64,000 bases of DNA from a virus. Position 1 is the first letter of the stretch. Every line of letters starts with the position of its first letter. The stretch lies in IMG/VR virus record IMGVR_UViG_3300045988_076504, positions 1 through 64,000 of that record; one strand, 5' to 3'. Below are positions 50,671 to 64,000 of this stretch, one piece after another. The translations under genes were made by a program, and so were the position numbers. The notes beneath the pieces were generated by a model, which worked only from the letters and a program-made list of their open reading frames with translations, was not told the DNA's origin and made no database searches.

Positions 50671-52721
50671 CAAATTATAAATATATAAAGAATCAAAAAC
50701 CGAGATATGGCGATGGCAAGTGGGATTGGAATGATTGGTATAATGATACGAAAGGTATTATATCTTTTAATCAACCGAGCGGAAATAAACATCTAACATG
50801 GGGTAACGTACCTGGTCTTGAGAGTGTTATTCGAAGCGATATACAAACAGCTAGTCCAAATCAATTAAATAATATGGTTAACAAACCAGAACATTCGGAA
50901 ATAAAACCAGGTTCTGAAAACGGAGGTTCATCTAAAGGCGTATCATCAACAGGATTATCTTGGGATCCTACATCAGCATTAATGTCTACAGCTAATTTTG
51001 TTGGTGATGTGTTTAGCGCATATAATAGACCTGTTGCAAACGCATCCGAACTTGCTTCTCAAGCTGGTACATCTTATGGAAATGTAGGAGGAGTACAATA
51101 TCAAAGACAGAATGCTGTTGACGTTGATCAGGCTGTATAGAATGCTAAAGAATAGGGGAACCAAGGAACAATGTCAACAGCTATGAGTGGTTTAAGTGCA
51201 GGAGCTGCTATAGGTTCTATAGGCGGACCACTCGGCGCAGGAATAGGTGCTGTTGTTGGAGGACTTGGTGGACTTTTATTTGGAAATAGCGCAAAACGTA
51301 GAGCTATGAAACGAGCACAACGTCAAGGTGAATTAGCACAAAGAATGGCTGTAAATACTAATATATTTAACAGAGCACAAGCTCAGTCAGATTTGATGAA
51401 ACAGCAATATATGTAGAAATACGGAAATACTCAAGGTGGTATACTGTATGCTAATAAAGGAAAAGATATACCGATGTATAATAGTGGTAAAGATAAAGTA
51501 TGGTCTCCTGACGGATATGTTTCTGGATTACACAATTCTTATGTAGGTAAAGGCGAAGTGATAGCCAACTTTAGCAGCGGCAAAGCTTCTGTAATCACAA
51601 AAGGTAAGGTTGGAGTTGATAATCAGAAATCATCGGTTAGTGAAAATGACGATAATGTAATACTCGGCAATGATGTTGATTTTACAACAGGAAGGACATT
51701 CGCAGAACAAGGTAGACCATATGCAGACAAATTACATTTCATAAACCAATCTGAAAAGAAGGTTGGAAAATACGGGAAATTGAGTTCTTTGAGTAAGAAT
51801 ACTCAAGATCTTTATAACAAACAAATAGGTTCTACTAAACAACAATTACTTGATGGTTTGAAAGATATTTCAGATAGACAAGCAGAACAACATAATTATG
51901 AGAACAACATGAAACAATATGCACATTTTGCGAATGGCAAATCTTCTGTATTCTATAATAAATGGTTACCATATATGCAAATGGCAGTACCTAGTCTAAC
52001 AGGTATTGCTGATGGAATCGGTAGATACATAAACGCTAACAAATAGAATATTGAAAATAGTGATACGTATTATAGAAATCCGTATGCACAACGTGCTCTA
52101 CAAGGTCTTGCAGGACTAAGATATGATGTAGATCCGGAGTTAAGACAATATGTGAATCAACAAGCTTATAATAAGTATGCAATAGATCAGCAAGGTGGTT
52201 TGACAGCTGGGCAGAAATATATAGCGAAGAATAGCTTGTATAATGATTATATAAATAATGTAGCTAAATTGTATGCAAACGCTAACAATATAAATAATCA
52301 ATACAAGGCACAGTATTATGATCAGCTTATGAAAGCTGGAGAAGCTGAAAGATCTGCTTTGACTGCAGCTAGACGTTACGATGCTGATATTTATGCTAAA
52401 GCTAGAGCTGCACAACTTAATATGGCAAATCAAGCACGTAAGGATGCACTTGAAAATCTTTATAGAATGGATAAGAGATTTGCAGATTATAAGATGTGGA
52501 AAGACACAAATAGGATTTACGAGCAGGATGTGGCTAATAAGAAACAAGATGTGCAAAATAGTTTTGATATAGCTAAAGAAACTGCTGCAAGTAATGAAAG
52601 AATCGCAAGAATGATGAATAATTCCAATCGTGTCGTTACAAATCCTATGTTTTATAGATTTACGCCAAGTAGTCTTTTTGATCAGTTAAACTTTAATTAT
52701 TCAAATTTCACGAAACGATGA
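50661..52721 (+). CDS. tail/cargo protein with a Gly-zipper hydrophobic segment, TAG-recoded
   Basis: Pieces 50874, 51171, 51474 and 52152 are all frame 0. The only upstream in-frame ATG is 50661, followed directly by TAG. It contains GLSAGAAIGSIGGPLGAGIGAVVGGLGGLLFG and ends at TGA 52719-52721. Confidence 0.6.
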
Positions 52722-54442
52722 TATATAGATATGACCAACCTGTAGATATGCCAATTCCAGAACTGTATGATACCGGTTTAATGTAGGCATACACACAGGC
52801 GATAAGAGAGCAATTTGAAAAAGGAGAAAAGCGTTTAGATGAGTTTGCATCAAAGTATGGAAACTTCACATCTCCTTTTGCTAAAGATATACAAGATTGG
52901 GACAGATTGACAATGGGTCGAATAAATAATATTTATAATGACCTTGTATCCAGAGGCATAGATCCATTGCGTAGCAGAGAAGGTTAGATGCTAATGGCAT
53001 AGGCTATTAGACAAACACCTGTTGGTAAATTAAATCAATTAAGGCAGTCTGCTGCAATAGGTGAACAATATCTCAAAGCCAAAGGAGATTTACAAGCGAA
53101 GGGTTTGTATAGCCAGGAGATGGAAGATTACTTTTTAAAACATCCTTTTAGTCAATGGAGTACTTCTGAAAACGGATTGTTTAATAGAACATCTCCTTTG
53201 CAATATAAGGATATACATGATATCACTGATGATTGGTTTAAGCATTCTGAGAAAAAATTTGATGAGAAATTAACAAAGCAGAAAGCGGACGGTTATGATT
53301 ATTATACCGTTTCTGAAGATGATATACATGGTATTATAAACAGTAATATTAATGACTTTCTGGATAGCGATTACGGTCGTTATTATTATTAGAAAGAAAA
53401 GAATTTGGTTTAGCGTCTAAATCCTACAGCCACACAAGATTAGATAGAAAATATGGCGATGTAGAAGTTCAGAGAAGATATTGTCAATAGAAACAGTGAT
53501 TATCTAAGAAACGAACGTAAAGTCAACGAATATGCTAAATTGGATTATGAGGATAAACTCGAACGTAGTAGAAAAGAGTGGGAGTGGGCAAACAAACCGT
53601 CTGGAAAATCTGGCGGTCCTCAGGAAACATAGAACTATCATCAGAACATGTTGTTAAACGGTTTGTATAATTTATCAGGCAATACAGATTTTCTTGATCC
53701 TGGTGTTTCAAGCAAAACCAAAACAACTATTGCATCTAAAGCTATTTCTTATTTGAAAGACGCTGTAAAAGGGTTTGATACAAATCCAAAGGAGAGACTA
53801 AAACAGATAATAAAATACACAACAATATAGGGGTCTGAAGAAAAACCTTCTTTTATAGGCGAGAAATTTAACCATAAAGCAGGAAAGTCGTATGGTAATT
53901 GGATGATCGGAAACAAAAAGGTCGAAGGCTTGACATTATCTCAAAACGAATTGAACACTTTAATCAGTGATATAAATTGGGGTGCGATGACAGTAAACAG
54001 TAATATTAAACAGTCACATGCGTTACATAACAACATAGCAAACCTTTCCAAAAAAACTATTTCATACGAAGTTACTGATAAAAATAATAAATCAAAGAAA
54101 GTAACAAAAACAAAACCTAAATACAGATTTATTCTTATTCCGGATACATACAACAATGTCGCAACAACAATAGATAAAAACGGAGCTGCTGTACAAGCTA
54201 ATCGTGGAACGCTGTATGCTGTAAATACAGATGATAACTCAAAACAAATAAATCTCGGTAAAACATTCATACCGTTTAATAAAACAGATCCTGTGACTAC
54301 AGATGGAAAAGCTAAAACTAACGAAATTACAACAGCATCCGGATATAGAACAAGAACAGATCAACAAGAAAATAGTGTACGTAAAGTATTAGGTATGAAA
54401 AATACCGATAAGGGTGCTAATACGGGAGATTATGATTATTGA
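52718..54442 (+). CDS. tail/cargo hypothetical protein, TAG-recoded
   Basis: ATG 52718 (ATGA overlap) joins pieces 53105, 53648 and 53903 (frame 2) across TAGs. It ends at TGA 54440-54442. Confidence 0.65.
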
Positions 54443-54444
54443 TT

Positions 54445-57400
54445 ATGGGAGATATTAGAAAATTAAGAGCCATCTCCGCAAATGTGAGACGGCAAGAAGA
54501 ATATCAGCAGCGATTGAGGAATGAAGAGCGTGAGAAAAAACGCAAAGAAGAACTTCTTCGTCAACGTGAAAAGGAATATTAGGAAGCTTTAAAAAAGAGA
54601 AAACAGGCTGAAGAAGCCGACGCACTTATACGAAAACATAAGGAGGAAAATAATTATAAGCCTGTTGATTCTCTAATAACAAAATCCGAAGAGCCTCAAA
54701 AACAAGATTCTGCCGATATAATAAGACCTGTAACTAAACCTCAACCGAGTATATATAAAAGTCCTTTTAGAGAAGATACAATATTTGGAGCAGATGGTAA
54801 ATTAAACAAGTACGATTGGACAAAGTCTGAAAAGGCTATGAAATATACTCCAATGGTACAAAAAATGGTAGATAAATATAAGCAGGATGAGAGTGACAAG
54901 CGTTTGAGATATGCCACAACTCCTGCTCGTATTGCTAACATGATGGCAGATCAAGCTGATTTGGAAGAAGCTCTTGCAGCGATGGGTGCTCAAAATGATG
55001 CGAATACCATGGCAATGAAAGAGGAGCTTAAAAAGATCAAAAACGACATTCAAAAGGAAGTAGATTGGTATACTGCAACAACACCTCGTAGTAATTAGAG
55101 TGATATTAGAACAGATAGTTCGCGACTTATTTCTTATTTTGATGCTGGTGGTATAGGAGAAGCTTCTGTAGATATAAATCATGCGTTAAAACAGCAACAA
55201 CAAGCTAAAAAGCTCGGTCTTATTAATGACGGTCAGTCTTTGCTGGCTGACGCGTATCACACGTTCATGATTTCTAAAAACGAAGTTCAACGACAAACAT
55301 CACAAGGTAAAATTAATACTCTATAGCAACAGTTAAATATGGCGAACCCTCAGGGTCTGGACGAGTATCAAGACATATGTGAACAATATATACAATTAAA
55401 TCAATGGTTGAACAGTGTTAAAAGAAGATATACTAGCGGACAAGGAATTACACCAGAAGAGAAAAGACAATGGGATCCTGTACAGAAAAAGATCAACGAG
55501 TTAAATAGCAAGAAAGAACAATATGAAAATATGTTTAATAATCTTGCTACTTTTGAAAATCAAACAACTGTTGGAGATTGGGTGTCAAATTCACAAAAAT
55601 ACTTAAACAAACTCAATTTGGATTTTGGTACTGGTGTTGGAGGATCTTTGAAAGGATATGGTGAAAATATAACCGGTTTTTAGAAAGCATTGGCCAATAG
55701 AGATCAAAAAGCTGTAAATTTTTATAAAAACAAGTTAAAAGGTATATTTAAGAATTTCTCTGCAAAAGGTGAAGAAATGAAAAAACTTTGGTAGAGAGAT
55801 TATGATATAGATACTGCAGATTTAAATCGTTGGACATCGGACTACAAAGTATCTGAATATTTCAAACAAAAAGAACAAGAAGCTAATGATTTAGCATGGT
55901 ATAATCCTAAAAAACTATGGATGGCTCCGTCTTTGTTAGGATCGTCTATGTCTTCTCCGGAAAAAACATTAATGTCCGTGGGAGCCGGATTGATAGCTCT
56001 CATGGGTTCGATATTAGCTCCTGAGACAGGAGGTGCTTCTATAGCACTTACAGCAGGAGCCGTATCATTCTTAAGCAGTATGGCAGCAGGAGCTGATGAG
56101 AACTTTGCAAATGTCGCAGATGCTACAAACGAAATAGCCAAGAAAGATTTAGCTAAAAAAGGTCAGATGGATAAATTTTTAGCTGATGCCAGACAAGTTC
56201 TTGGTTATAATACAACAGAAGAGGACGCGTTACAAGCATTTTATCTCGGCAAATATGTTCCGAATGACTTTAAGATACGTCAGACTTTGTTAGATGCTAC
56301 GGCAGGTTCTGCAAAGCAGTATTATCAAGGTATGGGTGTAAATACATGGGATTCTCTTGTAGATGCTATTGTTACATGTATGCCTACTGGTGGTATTGCA
56401 AAAGGATCTAAAGTTGGGTTCTTAACAGATAAAATCGCAAGTAAAGCGGATAGAAAGTTGTTGAAAGCTCAGCTTTCTAAATATATGAAAGCAAACAATG
56501 TATCTCTCAAAGAAGCTATCAAGGCTTTCAATGAAAGCGGTGCTAGTAGAACAACAATATAGAACGCCATAAATGATTTACGACAAGCTGTCAATGCTCC
56601 TGCTAATTATCTAAGAACGCTATCTAAAGACGTTGTAGAGAAAATGGGACTCCCTGTATTGCAACAAAAAGCAAATGCGTTGTTAGACAAAGGTCTCGCT
56701 AAAATGGCAGAAAGATCTTTAAGACATACAGCTAATGTTACAGACATGCTTGCAGCTGTTCCAGAAAGAGTTTTGAAGTATAGAAAAAACTTAAGACTTG
56801 CTGGTAAACTAGCAAAAGATCTAGGATGGCGTACAGCAGCGTCTATGTATTCTGAAGGTGCAGAAGAAGGTATTCAGCAATTGCAACAATATCAACGTAT
56901 GGAAGAAAGGTCGAATGCGTATTTCAATGTATTAGAACAACTTCCTCTTACGATAATTGATGGAGCTAAATTATGGAGTACGTTCTTATTTAAGAATCCA
57001 GAGAACCTTACAGCGCAAGAAAGAGATATAGTACAACAGATGCATGGTGGTATATTGGGAGCTTTGTTACAAGGTGGACCGATGATTGCAGCACAAGGAG
57101 TTGGTGGTACGTATAAGCAATACAAGCTTGATCAGATTATAATGAATAACCTTTTAGCAGACAATATAGCAACAAATGACTATCTTGATAAAGCTAGGAT
57201 TTTGTCGCAAGAGCTTGGAAAAGGGAATTATAAGAACATTATAGAAACTCTGAATCAATACGATGAGTTAACTACAAATATGCGAAATCGTCATAAAGAC
57301 GATCCTAATTGGGCGCTTCCTCAAAATCATATAAGCAATCTCCATAAACTTTTAAATGTTGTTGCAAATTTGCAACAAAACGAAGAGGTTAAAAAAATAA

Positions 57401-60400
57401 AGAATTCTATTTTTAATTATGAAGATGATACGAAAGGCGTTATAAGAAAAACCGCAAAAGGTATATGGGATAATACATTTAATAGAAAAGATGCAAAACG
57501 CAGAAGCCAACTTAGAGACGATTATAATACATATATAGGTATCTTAGCAACGAGGTTGAACGAGATAAATGATTCCAAACAGTTCTTGGACGAAAAGACA
57601 AGAGATCTTATTTCTGCAAGATTTAATCAAGGTACATTTGAAGACTATGTGAACAACAATCAAGCTAATCCTCTTGTAGCGGAACTATCTACAAAAATTG
57701 AAAAAGATGAACACGGATATCATTTGGCTGACGCATATAAAGATAACCAAGATCTACAAGAGAAGTTTAAATTGCTACAAGAAAATTATTAGACTCACAA
57801 TTCGAATGCAGAAGTACTCCATAGTCTTATAGGTTAGATGCAGACGATGCAGCTTTTACAAGACATGGAGAAGATTAAACAACTCCCAGGAGGAACCACA
57901 CTGTCATCTAGAGCTAAGTTTGAAGTTGATCGTACTAAAAAACGACTTCGTGAGTTACATGGCGATAATATAAAGCTTGATACAGAAGAAGATGTTAAGA
58001 ACTTTGCAGCATCACAAGGCTATAATATAGACGACGATTATGTGGATGCATTAAGACAGGTATCTGATGCTAGAATGCAAGTGAACTTCAATACGGAAAT
58101 GTTCAACAGGCTCATTACAAATACGAAAGACGCTGTAAAAGCTGTCAAATCATTTAAAGAGAATCGTAAAGCCGATGAGGAGTTAAGATAGAGTATTGAA
58201 GATGATTTCTACAACAATGAAATAGATCGTCAAAAGTTCGAAGCGTCGGAAATAAACGATGATAACAATACATTTACAAAAGACGGTAAAACGTATGTTG
58301 TACGTGATGATTCTGATGGTGTACGTAGAGTATACGAATACGACTCTGAAAACGACAAGCTTGTTCCTACAAATAAATAGTTCAATAAACGAGAGTGGTA
58401 CGATAGTAGATAGTAGTTTGATGCTGAAACAGCAGACCATGAAAAACTCAGAGCTAAATATGACGATTATAAAAGCTTGCTCGATAAAGATGTAAATGAT
58501 CTGACGGATCAAGAGAAAGAAAGACTTGAAACATACAAAGGTATGTTAGATAAGTTTAATCGTTTTGATGATTCTGAGCAAGCAAGAAATAAGTATTTAG
58601 AAGATGCTTCTAAGACTCCAGGATTAAAAACAGATTATACAGAAACCTTTAGAAATTTATCAGAGTACGCTAGCGAAAAAGGATATACTCAAGATCAATT
58701 TGATAGCCTTGTAAACGAATTAGCAAAAACATCAAACGATGGTTATAGAACCAGAGAATAGAAAATACGCAAATGGGTTGAAGATGGTAGAGATGTCGAA
58801 TATTCTTATACAGGAGATTCTTATTTTATTGGAAGCGATCATGTGTCAAAAGAAGCTTATGATTATGCTAAATGGTTGCAAAAACGTAACGAAAATCAAG
58901 ATGACGTTGTAGAAGATGACGAAGTTTTGGTAGAGCCTCCAATTGTTCCAGAGACTCGACCAGAAGATGAAGATAACTAGAGAAAAGCTTATCAAAAGCC
59001 AGAAACTACGTTTACGCATAATGGAAAGCCTATCACCTTGCAACAAGCTTAGGTTTTAACACAACTGCAGCCGTATCTAGCATCTGATGAAAAATATCAT
59101 TATGAATGGCGTACTAGTGAAAACTATTTTATAGAAGAGAATGGTAAAATTGTAATGTACAATCGTCTACATAGTTTGTTAGATCCGTATATTGCAGATG
59201 AGCCAGAAAAAACAGAATCTATAAAAGAAAATACAAGAATATTACAAGCCGCAAGAGACAAATGGAAAACCGCTATTGACAATAACGAATCTTCTGACCG
59301 AATTAAAGAGTTAAGAAAAGAGTATGTTTCATTAATCGAACAAATGCGTGACGATTATAACGAAATAGTTATGCTCAAATATAGTCAGAATGAATCAGAT
59401 GTTAAAAGATTCTATTTAAATTTTGATGGATATTTTCAAAATGACGACATTCTTATAAGCGATGATGCTGTAAACGCAATGGCTACCATGCTTGCTCGTA
59501 AAGATAACAATTTGTTCGAAGTTGGATCTACCACAGTATCTGGTACAATTGTAGACGAAATAGCAAGATCTGTATTCGCACATTCTCGTGTGGACAATAT
59601 TCCAAGATTTAAAATGAGCGATGAAACATTTTCTAAACTCGTTAAAGATCTAGAGAAAGAAAGAGATCGCTGGGAATCACTTGGTTATACTATTGTAACA
59701 GAAGGATTGTGTTTCCATGGTGAAATCCAAGACAAAGATGGTAATATAGTCCGAGTTGCTGGAGAAACAGACATGTTAGCAATAGCTCCAGACGGGTCTA
59801 TTACAATCGTAGATTATAAAACGTCTAAGAAATCATGGGAAACTAAACAACGTCCTACAGGTGTACAAAGTACCGAAAGTGTTATAGACGCATTGGATTG
59901 GCAATATAGCAAACGCTATGCTTTTGGTAAACGACAACGTTCTACAGCAAGAGTATTCTATACAAATCAATTGAACGCATACAGGCAAATGATAACAAAC
60001 TGTACTGGATTGTCTGTTGCAAATCTTCAACTGATGGGATTTTAGACAGATATTGAAGAAAGTAATGATAGAATATTGTTAAACAAAATAAAATCTATTA
60101 GCGAACCTACAATTGTAGATATTGCTGTATTAGATCCTGTATTGAGTGAACATTCTTATATAGAACAACGTAGTGTAATAGAAGAAAGAATAAAGGAAAC
60201 TAAAGAGCGTACAAAAACCGCATTTAAAGAATATACCGATAAGTTTGCTGCTGTTGGAGAATTGATGCAAGACGTTCAAGATCCTAAATTACAAGCTTTG
60301 TATAAATATGCGAAAGAACAGATTGATAAGATTGGAGACATTGATCAGATCAACGACTTGGACAGATTAAACTAGCTTTATAATTGGATCAATAATAGCA

Positions 60401-63400
60401 TGTCCAGTTTACGTAATTTGGAAGCGGAAGCTCAACAAGCATTGAATGCTCAATCAGAAGATGCGTCTAGAAACGAAGGTGTTACACCTAACAGCAAAAA
60501 ATTCAATGCTCCACACAGAGTGTATAGTGATGAAGAGTTGAAACATTATAATCACACAGCACAGGATCCTAAATTCTTAAACGCCCAATAGAAGAAAGAA
60601 TTACAAACGTTCAAAGATTGGACAACACGACCAGATTTCGCATAGAATGTTCAGTTTGAAATAGATTTCGATGCGTCCGGGTTTATACATGGAGTACCTA
60701 CAGCGGGTACCAGATTAAAATTCAAATCTATAAGTTATAACGGTGTTAAATTATCACCATCCGTTGTGCAGAATATTTCATTTATGTGGTCTGTTGATCA
60801 AGACGCATCATCATTACGCCAGCGTCTTATACAATGTTTTAATGACAATTATGACGATATCAAATCTGGCAAAAAGAAAATCATATTAAAGAACGTACAA
60901 AGAACAAACGGTAAATTACTATTCGGTGATACTTCTAAAAATGTACAAGAAGCGTTGGAATTGTCAGACGAACAAGTTTCAAATTTGTTAAATTATGATA
61001 GCGATGCTGTACTATTAATATCGGATAGTGCTGGTATTGTACGTAGATTGGATAGTGAAGATAAGAAAGCCGGGTCTGGAACCGCTGAGCGTATTTCTAA
61101 AAAAGAAGAAAATAGAAACCGTCCTGGTATTGTATACATACAAAAGTAGCTGCATTATGCTGAAGATGAAGGATCTGGAAATAAACCACACACAGCTTTA
61201 ATTCCGCTCACGCCTGCTAAAATGTCATCTGGTGCAGTAGATCTCATAATAGATATTCTTACAAACACCGGTAAATCCAAAAATATGTCTGCAAAAGACA
61301 ACAACGGAAATTCAATACCGGGACCTATAAATAGATCATTACTGTTACACTACTTAATCCGTTTTGGAGGTGGTGCTGAAGCTATGATGAATAGTTTCCA
61401 ATTCAATTATGAAAGTAATGGTCAAAACGGTTTGGACTACAGTAAAGTATTCATAAGTACAGATAGAGGTTAGACAAAAACAACTTATAACTTAAAAGAC
61501 ATACAAGATGTATAGAAATTAAGAGAGTGGTTGTTAAATAATGCATATTTGAATGTACAAAATATATCTTTGATTCGAGATAATGTAGCAACATCTAAGG
61601 ACGGTATTTTTGCAGGAGTAAAAGAATGGTTTGATAATCATCCTGATGTAGAATCTATATCATACTCTGACGAATTTGTAATAACGAGAGATGATGTAAA
61701 TTCTAATATCGGAGGAATACAATGGATGATTAAAAACAACTGGTTGCAATCTCAGTATACTGGTATTACGGACGCTATTGTATCTGCTAATGATTTTGAC
61801 ATAATAGATCAAGTTCAAAACGCTCCAGAAAATATTTAGAAACAGCAAGATGATTTTGATCGAGCTGTGGAAGAGCAACTAGGACCGATTCCGGACGGTG
61901 TAAACGATAACAACGATCAAAACACAACAAACGATGCTCCGATCTCTTTTGATGACTGTGATAACGCTTGGGGAAACATAATAGATCCTAGCGCGACACT
62001 ATTCATGAGAAACCCAGAACATCCAAAACGACCGATAACAGAAAAACGTCAAATGGACAAAGCTATTCAAGATGTCAAAAGGATGTGTGGAGATACAGTT
62101 CTCATAGAAACGTTGGACAGTGTTCAAATGGCTGAAAGATTTGGAGATGCTGTTGGAGCATGTACTCAAGCAAGTATTGTGTTATCGTACGGTGCGGAAA
62201 ACGGAGTTCAATACCACGAAGCATTTCACAGAGTTGTAGAATTAGCAATGCCAAAAGATGAGCGAGACAAATTGTATAATCTGTACAAGACTAAATACGC
62301 TAAGAATACAAACCTTAAAGATAAGGATGTTGCTGAAGATTTAGCCGATATGTATTTTGATTACAGTAAGAATGTATGGCACCCGAGAAATAAGTTGTTT
62401 GCAAAACTATTCTCGAAAATATATAATTATATAAATGCTTTATTGACAACAAAAAGTTTTAAATTTGCAGCAACGTTTGTTAGAATTGATTACGGTAAAT
62501 ATGCTAAGAATGAAATAACAAAAGAAAATCAAGACCGTTTTACAAAAGAATTCCACAATGTACTGAAAATGACATTGAAAGATTCTACTGGTAAGGAGCA
62601 TGTATTTAATAATGTATATACACAAACACAACTAAAAGACGCTGTTGATGTATTGTTACCTTTAATAATCAAATCTCAAGGTATCGATATTCTTGGTTCT
62701 AACGCAGATACTCTAAAAACAGATAAAAAATCTTTGCTTGCAGAAGGTTCTAAATTCGCACAAATATATAGACAGTTAACGTGTGGTGATGCTACTGAAT
62801 TATAGTTAAATCAAGCTGTTGCGGAAGGTAAGTTGTCTCCACTAACAAGAAATAATGCATTAGCTTTACGAGAAGTGTTTGACAACTGGTCTCTTGTACA
62901 ACCGATGTTGGAAGACAAATTACGTGCCGTCGGACTTCGTTCGAAACTTGGAGATGTCAATCAGATAAGTGCAGATGTAACTAGTCATACAGACGATGCC
63001 TTTTATTCTCATTCTATGAGTGACGATATAGGTTCTGCGATGCTTTATTTACTTAGTACTATACCAAATCAAAGGTATGTTACACAAGAAGATGTGGCTT
63101 CTGGCTTAGCTAAAAACATGTATGCTACAGATAAAAATGGAAATATTATAATGGAGAATGGTAAACCGAAACGCGCTACTATTCCAGCAATACGTAATAG
63201 TTTCGGAATGACTTCGTATCTTCCATTTAAAGCTGTACACCAAAGAATGTTAACAGAATTGCACGATGTAAAAGATGTTCGTGATTTGGTAGAAAAACTT
63301 AAGAAGTTAGGAGAAGTAGATTACTTATTTAACACTCTTGCACAGTATCTCGAAAGATTTAGATACTTGTCATATATAAGGTTTTCAGATAAAGAGAAAT

Positions 63401-64000
63401 TTGGCGAATATGTAGGATTCCCTGTCGTGATGTATAAAAACGCAATAGTCGATCCGTCATATTATATTGCAGATACATCTATTCGTAATGAAGATACAAT
63501 GTATCCTAAACAAATACGCCTCGTTAAGGATTTAAAGGACAAAAAGGGCAATCTCATATGTAAGGCTGGTGATATATTACAAGGAGCTGCTATATTGTAG
63601 GATCAAGATAAACAAACATTAACAACGTTGTTTTATCAGTCTATAAAATCACAGAAGATGAATTTCAACTTCTTCAACATTAGAAATTCTAAAGGTGAGA
63701 ATGGAAGATATGAATATTCATATTAGCCTACAAATACAGACAGATCAATATCTCAGTTGCCTATAGGGTGGTTTGATAATATTAGAATAGGTCTTACAGG
63801 TTTGTATAACAAAGATGGTTCTGTTAATAAGTCTAACAAATCATTTGAAACGACAAGGCAATTCTTGATGTCCATAAGAAACCAGCTTATTAATAATTCT
63901 GGATAGGTATAGATTGGTGATAAGATATATAAAATGAGCGACGCCGCTGATTTCGATCATGTTGTTTCTGCTACTGTACAATCTTTAAATAATGTTGGCA
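54445..64000 (+). CDS. giant polyvalent virion protein (more than 3185 codons, 3' end outside the window) with RecB-like PD-(D/E)xK nuclease and HExxH metallopeptidase motifs, TAG-recoded
   Basis: All 18 ORF-track pieces from 54838 to 62833 are frame 1 and linked only by TAG, including a tandem TAG-TAG at 58411-58416. AGETDMLAI...ITIVDYKTS...YTNQLNAYRQMI lies at 59761-59994. YHEAFHRV lies at 62212-62235. It is still open at 64000. Confidence 0.75.

Noticed and set aside
14922-63600. Interpreting the many short plus-strand ORFs of the late region as pseudogenes, frameshifted genes or a degraded prophage.
   Set aside because: All neighbouring fragments are in the same frame, and the only interrupting codon is TAG. 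Merged genes have sensible sizes, compact overlaps and TAA/TGA ends. The only exception is the intron in terL.
14703-64000. TGA or TAA also being reassigned.
   Set aside because: Every merged late gene terminates cleanly on TAA or TGA, usually overlapping or abutting the next start. In-frame TGA/TAA inside a gene occur only in 17217-17400, which behaves as an intron.
1-64000. CRISPR arrays, rRNA genes, integrase/att sites, reverse transcriptase (DGR or retron).
   Set aside because: No regularly spaced direct repeats, no rRNA-like sequence, and no integrase or RT motifs (YxDD) were seen in any merged ORF. The tail-fibre repeats are protein-level repeats only.

Overview
This is an AT-rich dsDNA phage segment whose gene content and order resemble a crAss-like (Crassvirales-type) podophage. 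All function calls come from motifs read by eye; no search was run.

Layout:
- Positions 1-10424 are a minus-strand early and nucleotide-metabolism module (ThyX, DUF3310-like, many small ORFs, a tRNA island) read with the standard code.
- Positions 10.7-64 kb are a plus-strand module: GroES-like, dUTPase, TerL, portal, scaffold-like protein, major capsid protein, a tail-fibre cassette, a lysis cassette, and giant tail/cargo proteins running off the window end.

Main points:
1. From TerL onward, neighbouring ORF-track fragments join in the same frame across TAG codons, and the merged genes end only in TAA or TGA. TAG is therefore a sense codon. Alignment of the endolysin to conserved lysozyme positions indicates Gln.
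2. No tRNA with a CUA anticodon is visible in this window. There is a canonical tRNA-Gln(UUG), a paralogous tRNA-like gene with a collapsed 4-nt anticodon loop, and a 129-nt element ending in a T-arm plus acceptor helix.
3. The tRNA island also holds a complete canonical hammerhead ribozyme (3930-3980, minus strand) just upstream of tRNA-Gln. It also holds three hairpins with unrelated stems but a conserved 14-nt loop.
4. A GC-enriched, ORF-free stretch of about 0.8 kb (5441-6238) is full of nested helices and is bracketed by ~90-nt direct repeats. It looks like one or more structured RNAs.
5. Selfish elements are dense. TerL carries a LAGLIDADG intein and, 7 nt downstream, a 225-nt group-I-like intron. 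An HNH endonuclease sits inside a group-I-like core between two genes, and a free-standing NUMOD4/HNH gene follows the portal.
6. One early protein ends in a convincing ribosomal bL12 (L7/L12) C-terminal-domain look-alike.
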